A stretch of DNA of 63,983 bases, the filler included, from Asterionella formosa (taxonomy: Eukaryota), in the NCBI GenBank assembly GCA_002256025.1. It is 22 parts of 22 records of this genome, joined end to end, with 100 filler letters (N's around TTAATTAATTAA, not from the genome) between each part and the next. Parts side by side here need not be neighbours in the genome. Positions count along the whole stretch, not along the records: positions 19,231 to 38,347 come from NKIB01003825.1; 21 more parts are not named here. The stretch is one strand, 5' to 3'. Both the position numbers and the translations under genes were made by a program. Every line of letters starts with the position of its first letter. Within the stretch, counting starts at the first letter, position 1. This document shows, piece after piece, positions 23,691-35,589 of the stretch. The notes under the pieces were generated by a model. That model worked only from the letters and a program-made list of their open reading frames with translations, was not told where the DNA came from and ran no database searches.

Positions 23691-25499
23691 TCTAGGACAT
23701 GTGTATTTCATTAGACAGCTTGTTGTATAACCAAAAACTGAGAGCTATAGTTGATGTAGGGTTTTTTTACAGTGAAAGGAATAATTAATAGGTAAAGCAA
23801 TCAGAAAGCACAGGATTTTGCTTACAGAAGGACCATTTTGCTTCAACTCACTTTGCTTAAAATTGCAATTTTGCTTATTGCACGACATCACCATTCCATG
23901 CCACCTGCCATCACGCCAAATGAAATGGTACTACCGGTAAGCGTATTTCGGCGCACGAGAAATGTAGCTGTGTTTTCCTTATAGTAAGCACTGGCTCATT
24001 AGGATGCGGACAAAACAGCAAAAAAAATTGGCAGTGGCGGCACAACTGAAAATTACGGCAGACGTAATGCCATCGAAATTTCTTGAAAGATGCCAGTCGG
24101 TCACAAAAGGAGGTCCAAGAAATAGCTCCAGCAATTGTCTTCCATTTCAGGAAAGTCTTCTTATCAATTTTCAGCATATCCGTACATCGACAGCAGAGCG
24201 GAAGAGACAGAGTATAGAGTTTAGAAAACACTAAAATGTATAGTTTGAGGAAAAACATGGAAAGTTGAAAGCGATTTTGGTGGATTGGGTAAATCATGCT
24301 ACAGCGTACAAACATCAGACAGGCACAGATAAACTATTTCTCACAAAAAATTTACATGATGGCTTCCAACAAGAGTTAGTAGAAGAATGCTAATGTTCTG
24401 CTAGGGAATTGAATATTGTCCGACTTGTGGAAATAAGGAAACAAATGAACATAAACTTCAGTGTCAGCATCCAAAGAAGAATAAGTACAAGCAAGAGATC
24501 AGATTATCAGCAATGTCCTCCAAAGTGATAAGTTCTATCAGGGAAATGTGTCTCATCAACATCACTAGAGTACATAAAACATCTATTATCTCAGAAAACG
24601 GAGATTTTTAAAATTATTTTTGTCCAGGGAACTTTTAGAAAGGGCAAAATATATATTCTCCGCCTCCAAGGGATTTCCAAGGGAGCGACAGGAACAGGAA
24701 AAATTCAATTCAGGCTTATTTACTCAAAAAATACAAGAAAAAACAACAGCAAACCACCAGGAAGTGCGATAAAAGGGAGATCATTCACCCAACCACAATA
24801 AATATCCAATTCTCCAAATGATATAACGAGAGTAGCCCAAGACAATTGCTCAAAGAAAAAAGCTATTCTGAGAGACACTGGAACTACCAAAGCTGCTGTC
24901 ATTGTCAATGGCTGTGCCATCTCCATCCTTGTTCTCCTCTTCCTTCTTCCTTGTCCTCTTCTTCTGATTCTTACTGTTGATCTTTCTGGAGATGGTGACA
25001 TTCTAGGGGCCTTCTTGGAGAGGAAGGGAAACCATCTCTGGCTGGTCTCGGGATGAAAAATTTGTTCCATTGTTGAAATCAAAAGAGATGACAATCGATG
25101 ACGCATTGAGGAGGTTGATTGATATATTAAAAAAGCCATTTTGGAGTTGAGCAAGCAAGTCATGAAAGATGTCTGGGAAGCAAATCACATGCAGTCATAC
25201 ATGGATAAACATATTTTTCTATATTACACTTTTATTTCATAGTGGGCGCGCTCTGTTAATAAAAAATATCCTATCATGTGTGTTTTAAAACACATTATTT
25301 TGGTGATTTGATACATAATATTGTTGTTGGGCTCTGATAGTAGAGATATTTTAGATTACTTATCTGACATTAAGTAAATATTTATCTATGCATCCTGTTG
25401 TGTGTTATGCCTCCGCTCTCCTCTTACTTTAGAGGGAGTACTTGTATGTGAGTTCCATAAACTGACCATTGTCGGCCACTGAACATGTCGACTTTCCAC

Positions 25500-25844
25500 T
25501 CATCTCGTGATGATATTCAGCTTTTGCATCTAAGAAATCAAATGCAACGCTGAAATCCCATCAAAAAAATGTTGATACAAATGGTAATTCTCCACAAAGT
25601 TTTGGTATAAACCGTCAAGCAACTTCTGTCTGACAGTTTTCCGAATGGGGAATGCGATGTCTTCAGGGGTCCTTTTCCTAGGATGAAAAGCAAATTTCGT
25701 TATGAAGAGAGAAGCGAAAGAAAATTAATCCTGCAAATGATTGTGTTGCTTTACAATTTTCGGGCAAGTACAGTTGGTCAGAGTCAAATTGCTTCTGTTT
25801 ATATGCCCTATTTGCACAGACCTTCTAATAGGTATGCATTTTAA
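25500..25844 (+). pseudogene. Harbinger DDE transposase C-terminal remnant
   Basis: NRQATSV*QFSEWGMRCLQGSF/PRMKSKFRYEERSERKLILQMIVLLYNFRASTVGQSQIASVYMPYL, with one stop and one frameshift. Confidence 0.85.
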
Positions 25845-25879
25845 TTCTTAGATTTATTTGATTTAAAATTGATTTAAAA

Positions 25880-26888
25880 TTATTCATCATCACTACTACT
25901 TTCATTTTTATCTTTTGATGATTGAAATTTTACCGATCTGCCCGACAGTGGTTGTTTTTGGGGTGTACTACTGTGCATTGGTACTTGTTGTGTTGATTGC
26001 ATTGGAGTCATAGGAGGTTGCAGATGATTTTGATTTTGCATTTGTTGCTGCATTGATATCATATTTGAAGCTATCATGGAGTTCATCATTGCCTGAATGG
26101 GTTCAATGCTGGCATTGGAATTTGTTCTCTCTGGTGCCCTGTGGTTCAACATTGATGACATGATCGACATCATCATCATGTTCATGTTGCTGTTGCTGAC
26201 GTTGTATCTCCTCAGTATCACTCTTTCCAGCCTTCAGGAGGAACTGCGTAGAAACTAGAGTCAATATTTTCTCGAGATTGTTTGACACATGCCTATCTCT
26301 AATCCGGGGGGATGCTATTAGTCGAGGAAATCTTGCACCAGCAGTGAAACCAGCATTATTGCTTCGCAACCGCTGCAGCTGAATTTTCTCCATTAGATTT
26401 TAGAAGTCGCAGCTTTTTAGTTGAAGTTTCCTGAGGTTCATCATTGACTAGGAGGACAAGTTGGGTCACCTGTTGCTTGTTTGAACTTGTGAAGCTGAGA
26501 AAACTTTTGCCAAACTGAAGTTCCAGTTCAATCCTTGTCTGGAAAATTTTCATTGTGTTCAGCAGCAACACATTCCCATTCATGTGATCCAATTGGCAGA
26601 TGACTCAAACAGAATCTAACAATGACACAACCTCATTGAGTTGAAACTGTTGACCCCAACTCTGTAGGTTGCGGCGTGCCCTTGCTTGTTGGAAAAACTG
26701 GTGGAAGATTTTTTCTGCTGTTGATGCCACACACCACTTGTTCTTCTTGCAACTGTTTGGCTGCTTGCAGTAACGCTATTGTGGCGTGAAGATTCATTGC
26801 CAATTCCTGTTGAAGAAGACTGGGAGACACCAATATGAGAGACACTGGAAGCACCAAACCTGCTGTCGTTGTTGCTGGCTGTGCTCAC
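25880..26888 (-). pseudogene. Harbinger second ORF, Myb/SANT-like (DUF6818-type) DNA-binding protein, decayed
   Basis: LPIGSHEWECVAAEHNENFP…QKFSQLHKFKQATGDPTCPP motif, followed by an M/Q-rich tail ending in acidic SSSDDE. Confidence 0.7.
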
Positions 26889-27030
26889 ATGATAAAATAT
26901 TTTTTATTATTATCAAAGCGCGCCCAGTAACTAAAAAATTTGGTCTACGGTACACAAAGACAAATATTATGGTGTTATGAGTATGGTACCTGGTACCTCA
27001 TCCGCATGATACCGGTATAATATGTATGTT

Positions 27031-27050
27031 ATTATTATCAGAGCGCGCCC
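27031..27050. repeat. Extra Harbinger TIR fragment
   Basis: attattatcagagcgcgccc followed by act; matches the right TIR at 26925. Confidence 0.6.
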
Positions 27051-27174
27051 ACTACCGGTACCCCTATAACGACGAGCATTCCAAATTTTATCGCAACTTT
27101 AACCGCCAGCTGTCAGTTACATGGCTAAAACTAACTACCGGTATTCAACAATTATATACTCTCTGCCCAACACG

Positions 27175-27732
27175 ATGAACGCAAGAGACAACGATGTTGC
27201 CTCCACCTCTTCAGAACAAATCTTTTTGACAGAAGTGAAGGGACCCCTCCTGAAATATCGAATTTTGCCTAAAGACTCGTTGCTAATCAGCCTACGAAAG
27301 GCGGACAAGAACGCCCATCACGGGAGGGAAAATAAAGAAACAATAAACGTGAAACGCGAAGTATCCTTCGATAGGATCATAGTCCGAGAATATGGCATGG
27401 TGTTGGGAGACAACCCATCATGTTCGTATGGGCCTCCTGTTCAACTGGACTGGCACTACACCGAACGACCAGAAGAAGATGTGGATGTGTACGAAGAAGC
27501 GCGAGGGGAGAGACGCAAGCTTCCACAATTGTACTTATCCTACGTGAAGCGCAAGTATCTGCTTCACAAAGCGGGACATAGTGACGAAGAAGTCGAAGAA
27601 ATCACTCGTCAAGTCACCAAGGCCAGAAGGCAACGTTCAGAAACCAAACGATTTTTGCTTCTGTCCAACATTACTGAATTCATGTTATCAACAAAACGTC
27701 GGGTAGTTCGAGCTATTTCGAAACAATCCTAA
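27175..27732 (+). CDS. Conserved stramenopile hypothetical protein with a V-x-F…REY…LGDNPS…GPP…LDW motif (possible PP1-docking RVxF)
   Basis: KREVSFDRIIVREYGMVLGDNPSCSYGPPVQLDWHY…DVYEEAR…R..LL. An alternative upstream ATG lies at 27121. Confidence 0.8.
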   Translation: MNARDNDVASTSSEQIFLTEVKGPLLKYRILPKDSLLISLRKADKNAHHGRENKETINVKREVSFDRIIVREYGMVLGDNPSCSYGPPVQLDWHYTERPEEDVDVYEEARGERRKLPQLYLSYVKRKYLLHKAGHSDEEVEEITRQVTKARRQRSETKRFLLLSNITEFMLSTKRRVVRAISKQS

Positions 27733-28637
27733 TGGGAGGATACTCGCAGGGGGGACATGTTCCACATTTTTTTATGCATTTGTATTTATACACGAATCAG
27801 CCAATGATTATGTTACGGACTACTCAAGAGGAACTGAATATTCACCAAAAACAGGACCAAGCGTCATAAAACTACCAGCACGTTGAGCTTGAAATCAAGG
27901 GAAAGCTGCTACAATGATTGCACATTTTTATCTCTGTTTTTGACATCCCTACCATAATGTTGAACCTCCTAGTTTTGCTTCGGAGTATGAATGCATGATA
28001 GTAATCTTCGTCTCAAGTTCCTTTGAACCAATTGAAGATACCTTCTGTTCTTGTTTTGTAAACATATATACTTTAAAAGTATGGCTCAAACTGGAGACTG
28101 CACTTGGTGACTAACGAACACAGCTATGCTATGAATCATGGCATTCATGCATACACCTTCGTAAACATTGCTCGTTTTGTGCTGATTTATTCACTACAAT
28201 TTTTCCTTTTTGCGAACAAACATGGATGGATATTTTTTGCTTCCGCTCATCATAATAAGGAATAGAAAAATACAGGGTGGTTAATCCACGTAACAAAGTT
28301 GCTATTAGCAGTGAGCACTTTATTCTTTTCGAAGAGGCGACCGACCAACTCTCATTTAGAATATATACTATGCAAGAACAATATAGAATATTTAGTTTTT
28401 TTCAAACTACGGTCCAGCCAAAATAGTATTGATCTCGTTTTCGTCTATCTTACATTCGTTGCATCATGTATGGGAATCCATTCCACAAATTCGATTAGAA
28501 TAGGTCACTTGGACTCCAAAAAGTGTGCTCCTTGGTAAGGAGTCGATACACCCATCATGTTTGATCTTGACCACACATATATCCCGACTACGCCATGTTG
28601 TGACATATACATCATGGATGATATTTATACCACAATG

Positions 28638-28898
28638 TCAACGTCGAGGTTCCTCTTTGCCATAATAATCCCACTTTTGTTCACCTCTAAATTGAGCTTT
28701 CATGTTGGACAAGGTTTCCGAGTCACTGGGGCTTCGTTTTGGCCCAAACATGACAGCTCCCAAGTAGAGTCCGACAGTAAAGAGACCGAATGCAATGATA
28801 GACTGATCTTGTCCTTCATGCTTGTTGTTGTTTTGGGATGATGCTGATAAGAAACGGCGGGTGTGGTTTCGAGCGACGAGGATGCTTGAACGGACCAT
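28638..28898 (-). CDS. Small putative mitochondrial single-pass membrane protein (86 aa)
   Basis: Arg/Ser-rich, acid-free N-terminus (MVRSSILVARNHTRRFLS), one hydrophobic helix (IIAFGLFTVGLYLGAVMFG) and a hydrophilic tail. Confidence 0.5.
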   Translation of the reverse strand: MVRSSILVARNHTRRFLSASSQNNNKHEGQDQSIIAFGLFTVGLYLGAVMFGPKRSPSDSETLSNMKAQFRGEQKWDYYGKEEPRR

Positions 28899-30660
28899 TC
28901 TGTCAATACCTTTTCTAGAAGTTCTTTTGTAGGATTTTTTCTACCAGCATTATACCTAGTTGAGAAAACAAGAATCAGCGAAAAATTGTTGTACATGTAT
29001 TTACATACCGTATACATACTCAGCCAGTTAAAAACAGCTGCTTTGAACCTCCTCGTCTACTGGGTATTTGACAAAGCTCGATCGATTAGTACAACTACCG
29101 GTAAACAAGGAGATATGACGACAGGTATCCATTTCAATCATGCAAATTGCAGGTGCTCAAGATGTTCGTGAGAAGATTATTGTCAGGTACCTACAGTAGG
29201 TGGCCATGTAGCAGTTAGGAGAAAGCAGTGGATGTATGTGATAAAATAAACTCTTTGACTTTAGCTGAGTCCGGATCCCTCCTATGGTGCTGAAAAGCAT
29301 CCTTAGAGTGGTTAGTACATAACCCCTTGCAGGTTACTTCTCATCGGGCAGACCACAGGGATAGCATAATTACACTAGTTGCAGTGGGACAACTTTTGTA
29401 TTGGTTCCAGGCATTGAAGGGCCTAACAAACCTGGAGGTAAGATTGGCTAGTACAGATCTGCAGACAGCATGGACCAAACAAATCACTACCCTAGAGGAG
29501 AGGAGTAATCCACACCTGAATGGCTCTCTGTGTAGGGATTGAACCTATGGCACCAATGGTGCAGCAGTCTTGCAGCTGAGGCAGAACTCTGTCCTTCCCC
29601 AGCCATGCATAAACAAAGGATCTAGGGCCTAGAAATAGGGATTTAGTATTAAAGCGAATTGACTCTACTTTAAGCAATATTTTGCTTAAACTAAAATAAA
29701 AATTTTCCTAAACTTAACAAACATACCTGGTAGTCCTCCTTAATTCATCTGTACATGCTGCCTACTTAATGATGAAAGGAAATTTAGATAACACCGGTAG
29801 TACGCCCGGTACTGGGACACTCCTATTGGCACAAGCATGGCTTGCCAAGTAGAAGTATCAACCCGGTTTCATATGTAGAGGGACATATATAGGAATGGAC
29901 AGCAGCTGCATATTACTATGACTACAGGGCATTACCAGCAGTTTTGATGACATCATACACCAGAGCAAATGTTTCACATTTGCTAGCTTTTGCAAGGACT
30001 ATATGCAAATTGCCCATTCGCAAATAAACCGATTCTCAGTAGTTAAAAGCCTTATTTCACATCTTTTGCTTCGATTATTCATGGTAATACTCTAGTTGTA
30101 GTCTCATCTGTTGTGTAGCTACTGTAAAAAGTGTGGTATCTGCTCGTAGCATCATTATTTAAAGATTGCGCATCTCTAAATTAGATGAAAAAAGTGGCAG
30201 CAGTGATTTCATTTTTCATTGTCAACATTAGCTAGTGCTATAAGAATTATTCTTTTACAAGTGTACTACTATCTATGTTGTGTTTGATATATGTATCAAA
30301 AAAGAAAGCATAGTTCTCATTTTTCGTCGAGATATTCGCTATTTTCATCATGGTCAACGCTGTGACGGTATGATGATGAAAGATTCTCCAGCCGCTTGCA
30401 ACTATACAACTACCAGTACATATTCAGCATCATAGAGTTATACCTACAGTATGATTATGTACATAGGTTGTAGGTGACTGTCATAGCAGCATTGAAGTGA
30501 TGACGACAAAATAAGCAAAATTGCTCCTTTAATAAGCAAATCTGCTTTAAGCAAAACGAACGAGAATCAACTGGCAGAATAAGCAAAACAGATTGGTCTC
30601 AATATTTAGGCTAAATCTGATTAAAGCTAAATATATATATAGGAAAACAAGCCGGTCTGC

Positions 30661-31289
30661 AAGTTGCGGTAATTTTGCTGAACTGAGGATTTAGCTGTCT
30701 TTATCCCATATTGAATTGTTTATCTAAGGAAAATGACCGCATCGGGTTGTTGTACCAGCAAGTTGTGGTCATTTTCCTGAAACGGACAACCTGTTACCGG
30801 ACTACGACATGTTTATTATAAATAAAGAACATCTTCTATTCATTGCACGATTCGGGGAATTGCAAAAATGAGAACACACAGTATTTGACTATGACTTTCA
30901 GGAAAGCATTACGACTATTTGTGATTTCTCAAAATCGCGCTTCCAGCCAACTTTCCCTTGCCCATGAAATCATTTCCTGAAATTCATAGAAAATTTCTGA
31001 AATTCATGATGCTTTCCTGAAAGACATGGAAAGTCATATGATGTGTGTTCTGGTTTTACAATTACAAGAATTCCGCTATTTATTTCTCTGAGTCGCGCTT
31101 AGAATAGAAGATTTTTTTATATGTCATTTATGATTAAATGTGTGACTGTCCGGTAACACGGTGTCTGTTTCAGGAAAATGACCGCAACTTGCTGGTACAA
31201 CAACCCAATGCGGTCATTTTCCTTAAATGGACAATTCAACATGGGGCAAAGACAACTAAATCCTTAGTTCAGCAAAATTACCGCAACTT
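30661..31289. mobile_element. MITE/foldback element with ~142-bp inverted arms built from the 90-bp mini-MITE
   Basis: 30661-30802 is the imperfect reverse complement of 31148-31289; the centre is non-coding. Confidence 0.8.
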
Positions 31290-33959
31290 TCTGGTTGGTT
31301 TATTAAATGGATATCATGAAGAGGCACATGAATTATTTTGGAATTGGAATCAGTATCGCCGGTATGAAACAATACATGGAACTAGATATTGCAAAATGAC
31401 CGGCCGCAACTTGCTGATTAGTGAATTCCATTAGCAAACCATCATCCAGTTGCTGAATACTATTACCATTAGTAGTAGGTGATCACGATTTAGATGATCA
31501 GAACAACACTGGATTTAGTGAATGATCATTTAACATTGAAGAAAGTTACGTAAGAGAATTTGGAATGAAAGCCAGTCTATCTCGTCCAGCAGGCACAAAA
31601 CGATCCATTGTGGGTGCGTCGAAACTGAAAAGGTGCGCAAAAATATGCGCTAGTACCAGACCATCCAGGAGGTACACCCCGTTGCTAGGCCTAGTGTAAT
31701 AAAAAACTCTGACCTTACTGATTGTAATATTTTGCACCTTAAACCCTTGTTGAAATCACATTGACCATGTCAGTATTTTTCTAGTGGTTTACTCTAAGGC
31801 AGAACAACCTCCTGTGCCGCTTGATTTTTCAATATCCCTGTCATGAGCAGCACTAGTGAAAGGTCCAGTAACACATGTTTTGTGAGCACCTTTTCAGTTT
31901 CGAGCAACGCACTCCTAATGATTTGTTTCATGCCTGCAAGGTGAGATGGGCCAGCTTTCGATTTCAAATATTTTTTAAGTAATTTAGGAACCTTTCCTGT
32001 TATTGACCAATGGAAATCCGCAGATGCAGCCACTGATCAAAACTCAGAATAACAGAAAATGACTAGGACTTGTTGCTCACTGATGAAACAGCTGAGCAAA
32101 GTTTTTTCGGAACACGAATATGATTTTTTTATGTTTAGAACTTGCTGACTACAAATAGATTTTCTGAATGACCGATTTGCAAATATGAAGTACATAGTAT
32201 CTTCCTACCTATTTGCTAAGTCATCAATGGTGGCAAGAATTCCATTTTCCACCTAACCATCCTTGACCAGGGACCTTGATTTCTCAGAATCTTTGACCCA
32301 CAACTACAAGCTGGAAAAATACAGCATCTTCTAGTCCAGCCTGCTCATATTGGTCCATTCTGCAATACTCCAATTTAGCGACATTCATGCCGACATGATG
32401 TCCCTAGTAGTGAAATAAAACAAACCTAGAACTTGGTAGGAATTGATTGCTTACTGACCTTGCTTCAAGGCAGAGATGCTAACACCAAAGGTTAAAAAAT
32501 TCGAGCTTCGGAATATGTTTTTCAAGTATGAATATAGTTCAAGGAAGGCTGGAAAGGCAAGATGAAGGGGTTAATCCTAGTCTTGTCGGGAAGAGATTTG
32601 ATTGATGGCAAAAAAATACCTTAATATACCACCACTTTAACTGGATGGCAAGATGCACATGAAATCGTCAACCATGGTGATTCAAGTTTGAGACACAATC
32701 ATGTCAATGCGTAATGACTTCTCGAAAGAGAACAAAGGAATGATGAGCACTTTGGATGGTACCAACCTTGGCGTTGCCTTGAGGTCGTGTTTACACTGAT
32801 GTGTCATGCATAAATTGCCGGCAGAGAGGGAGATGAATATATGTGTGTTGCCTGTGCCAAGGGGACATACCGAAACCTATCACTGAAGGAAAAGAGCAGA
32901 GGAAGAGCATTTTCATCATGGGAAGTGAGAGATGATCATCATATCAATCAGAGTAACGAAAATTTTCTAGATGAGATTTCAGTAAATGTCGGCTTACCAT
33001 GTTTGACTCTGGCCAATTCAATCCAGCACTACAGAAGCAGTGCTATCAACCTAGTCCAGTTGCAATCGCAGACCTTGTAAAGAAGTTGAAGACTCATGTA
33101 CATTGATGTTCCTTGGACTTCGATTACAAGCTTGTAATGAATGTCAATTGATTGAGCGACTGTTGATTGTTGTAGTGTGATGGTAAAAGCTACATAAATG
33201 CATGTATCATTTATATTTAGCTATACTTGCAATATTCTCGATGTTCACAACAATCAATCAGTTAATTTACAATCATTGATTTTTGCATGGCTTTTTCTGT
33301 GTTGCAAACAGAGCGACTGATGATGATGATGAACGAAAATCCATAACTTTTGCTGGTACATAATTCTTGAGGAAACTTTACTACAGGAACAAAAGTGAGA
33401 ACAATACATATAATCGTAAAATCTGCATATGAGGGGGGAAAGAAATGATAGCTTGCTCAAGGAGAAAAATCATACCATCGTTCATTCGGAATACAATGCC
33501 AAGATATTTCAGGTGTATGCCCAACAGCGGGAAATATGCACTCAGGATCAACATTTATTTACAACAGCACTCCCACAAATGCTGTCTGCAAGAATGTCCA
33601 AGAAGAAAAGATTCTTAGAGAGGAAAGCGTACATTCTAGATCAATCAAAAGAGTTTCCAAAAAATGGACAAAGTTCATTGCATGAGTAGTTCGCCTGCCC
33701 TATTACCCCTCAGCAGAAAGCCCCCTACAAGAATGCAAGAAATATTGGGTCGCCCCCCAACAATCAGATTCTACCGCCTTCTTAGGCAGTCGGAGTGTCC
33801 CCTAACGCCATGGCTACTAAGACAATCACCTTTTGCGAAAGGTGGTTGGGGACTCACCTATGTTAATAAAACTAGGGAACCACAGGTCTTGTTGGTAGGT
33901 AGCATTTTTAAAGACTTGCCTAGAGATGGGGAAGTACGAATGGGCTATAAAACATATTA

Positions 33960-34042
33960 AATTTTTGAATTCCAATTATATGATCATATGATTGTCATCA
34001 TAAGATGCATCACACAAATAAGATGTTTTCTATTTGCAGGCA
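33960..34042 (-). repeat. Left-end copy of the CATCTG-family transposon
   Basis: Reverse complement cctgcaaatagaaaacatcttatttgtgtgatgcatcttatgatgacaatcatatgat aligns with 3209-3270. Confidence 0.55.
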
Positions 34043-34704
34043 CACTGGAATGAAGAGCAATGCTTTGATGCTCTATGTATCTAGGAACATTCCAATAAAT
34101 TAGCCCATCTACATATAATCAACTAGCACTTATATTTACTAAACTCTATCCGGTTTAGCTGTTATTGTTTATCATCTGTTGCAACCAACATGGTGGTGAT
34201 GAATTGGTTGCCATTACACTTCGTAGACAAGGATGATGCTAGTTGAGCTTTGCAAGGGTCTCAATGTGTTGACTAAGGATAATATCACATAATATTTTAC
34301 TATAGAAAGAGATGGACGAGCTAATTTCATTTTCATTCTTTGTTACCAGGTAACAAGGCTTCTACAACATGCTGTTCCTAGTAGGAATATACCATAGCAA
34401 AACATCCTATCAGCTCACGACAGGTGCTCCATGTGCATGGGTGCTACACGAAAGTTCAGGAGGTATGTAGCTTAATCAGTATCAATATTAAATGTTTTCC
34501 GAACAACCTTAAATTCCGAGAACTGAAAGGAAGTGGCTGTAGTGGCGAAAATTTACATCAGTTTTCTTCTTAATAAGGAACTGTCTTTTCTCATATCTTT
34601 TATTCGTGTGTATTTCATGACGAACGATGTTTCTACTGCGCGTATGTACGAAAGTATGACAGAGCCACATATCGGTTCCTGTAGGTGGCTATTTGAACGA
34701 GCTA

Positions 34705-34975
34705 TCGTTACTAAAATTCATCTTGTGAAGACCAGACGAATTTTTGTAACGAGCCGGCCGGATACAAACTATTATGTGCAATTCATCTTTTACATACCAG
34801 ATGAATTTTAGTAAAGAGCCGGCCGGATATAAACTATTATGTGCAATTCATCTGGTACAGACCAGATGAATTTTAGGAACGAGCCGGCCGGATACAAACT
34901 ATTATGTGCGATTGATCTGGTACAGACCAGATGAATTTTATTAACGAGCCGGTCGGATACAAACTATTATGTGCG
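34705..34975. repeat. 65-bp minisatellite (~4 units), each unit containing a hairpin
   Basis: gagcc anchors at 34751, 34816, 34881 and 34946. Unit consensus contains CCGGCCGG and AATTCATCTGGT-acag-ACCAGATGAATT. Confidence 0.92.
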
Positions 34976-35589
34976 TTGGTCCCAAAATAAGATAAGAACA
35001 GTACGTATTCATTTACATATTCGTAAATGTCAAACTACAATTCACAAATAACACAAGCCAGAAAATGGCCATGGATACGCTGGGAGAACGGATTGTAACC
35101 CAGTCACAGTTGGTAGACAAAGTACGTTATTCTGAACAAGTACCACACAACTTGACACGTCCACTTCGACGATTGGCCGAGTCTTGAAAAAGACTTTTGC
35201 TGATACATAGGAGGAACAGTACATACATAGAATCTAAATAGCGGTCGTACTAGAAAAATAAATAGACATGATGTCTCAATTTGTGAACATTGCTTGTGCA
35301 GAATAGGACGACGACGACTACCGGTACCTGGTACAGTGAAAACAAGATCGCAATGCTGCTTGGTGATAAGCGAAGCGAATACCGATATGTATTTCACCTG
35401 GTACTTATGTAGCAACCATGATACAGTGAAGAAATATTTATATTTACGCCGGTATATTTATACATACCCAAAATTATTTTTCCATCGCTTATCCACTGCG
35501 AGTATACGATAGAGACCAGCAAGCAAAAGTAGTTCACACCAATTGCTTGTTGGTCAACGTCTACACACACCCCTTTATAAAGTAATCAC

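Larger units (their letters stand above)
25244..26925. mobile_element. Internally deleted PIF/Harbinger transposon with ~38-bp TIRs and a 3-bp AGT target duplication
   Basis: agt|GGGCGCGCTCTGTTAATAAAAAATATCCTATCATGTG ... CACATGATAAAATATTTTTTATTATTATCAAAGCGCGCCC|agt, enclosing two convergent decayed ORFs. Confidence 0.88.

Noticed and set aside
31440..33960. Fragmentary ORFs that may be TE remnants (e.g. a LINE-like tail at 33429-33689)
   Set aside because: Too degraded to assign from sequence alone.
34705..34975. CRISPR-like array of palindromic repeats
   Set aside because: Whole 65-bp units repeat with no unique spacers, there are no cas genes, and the context is eukaryotic.
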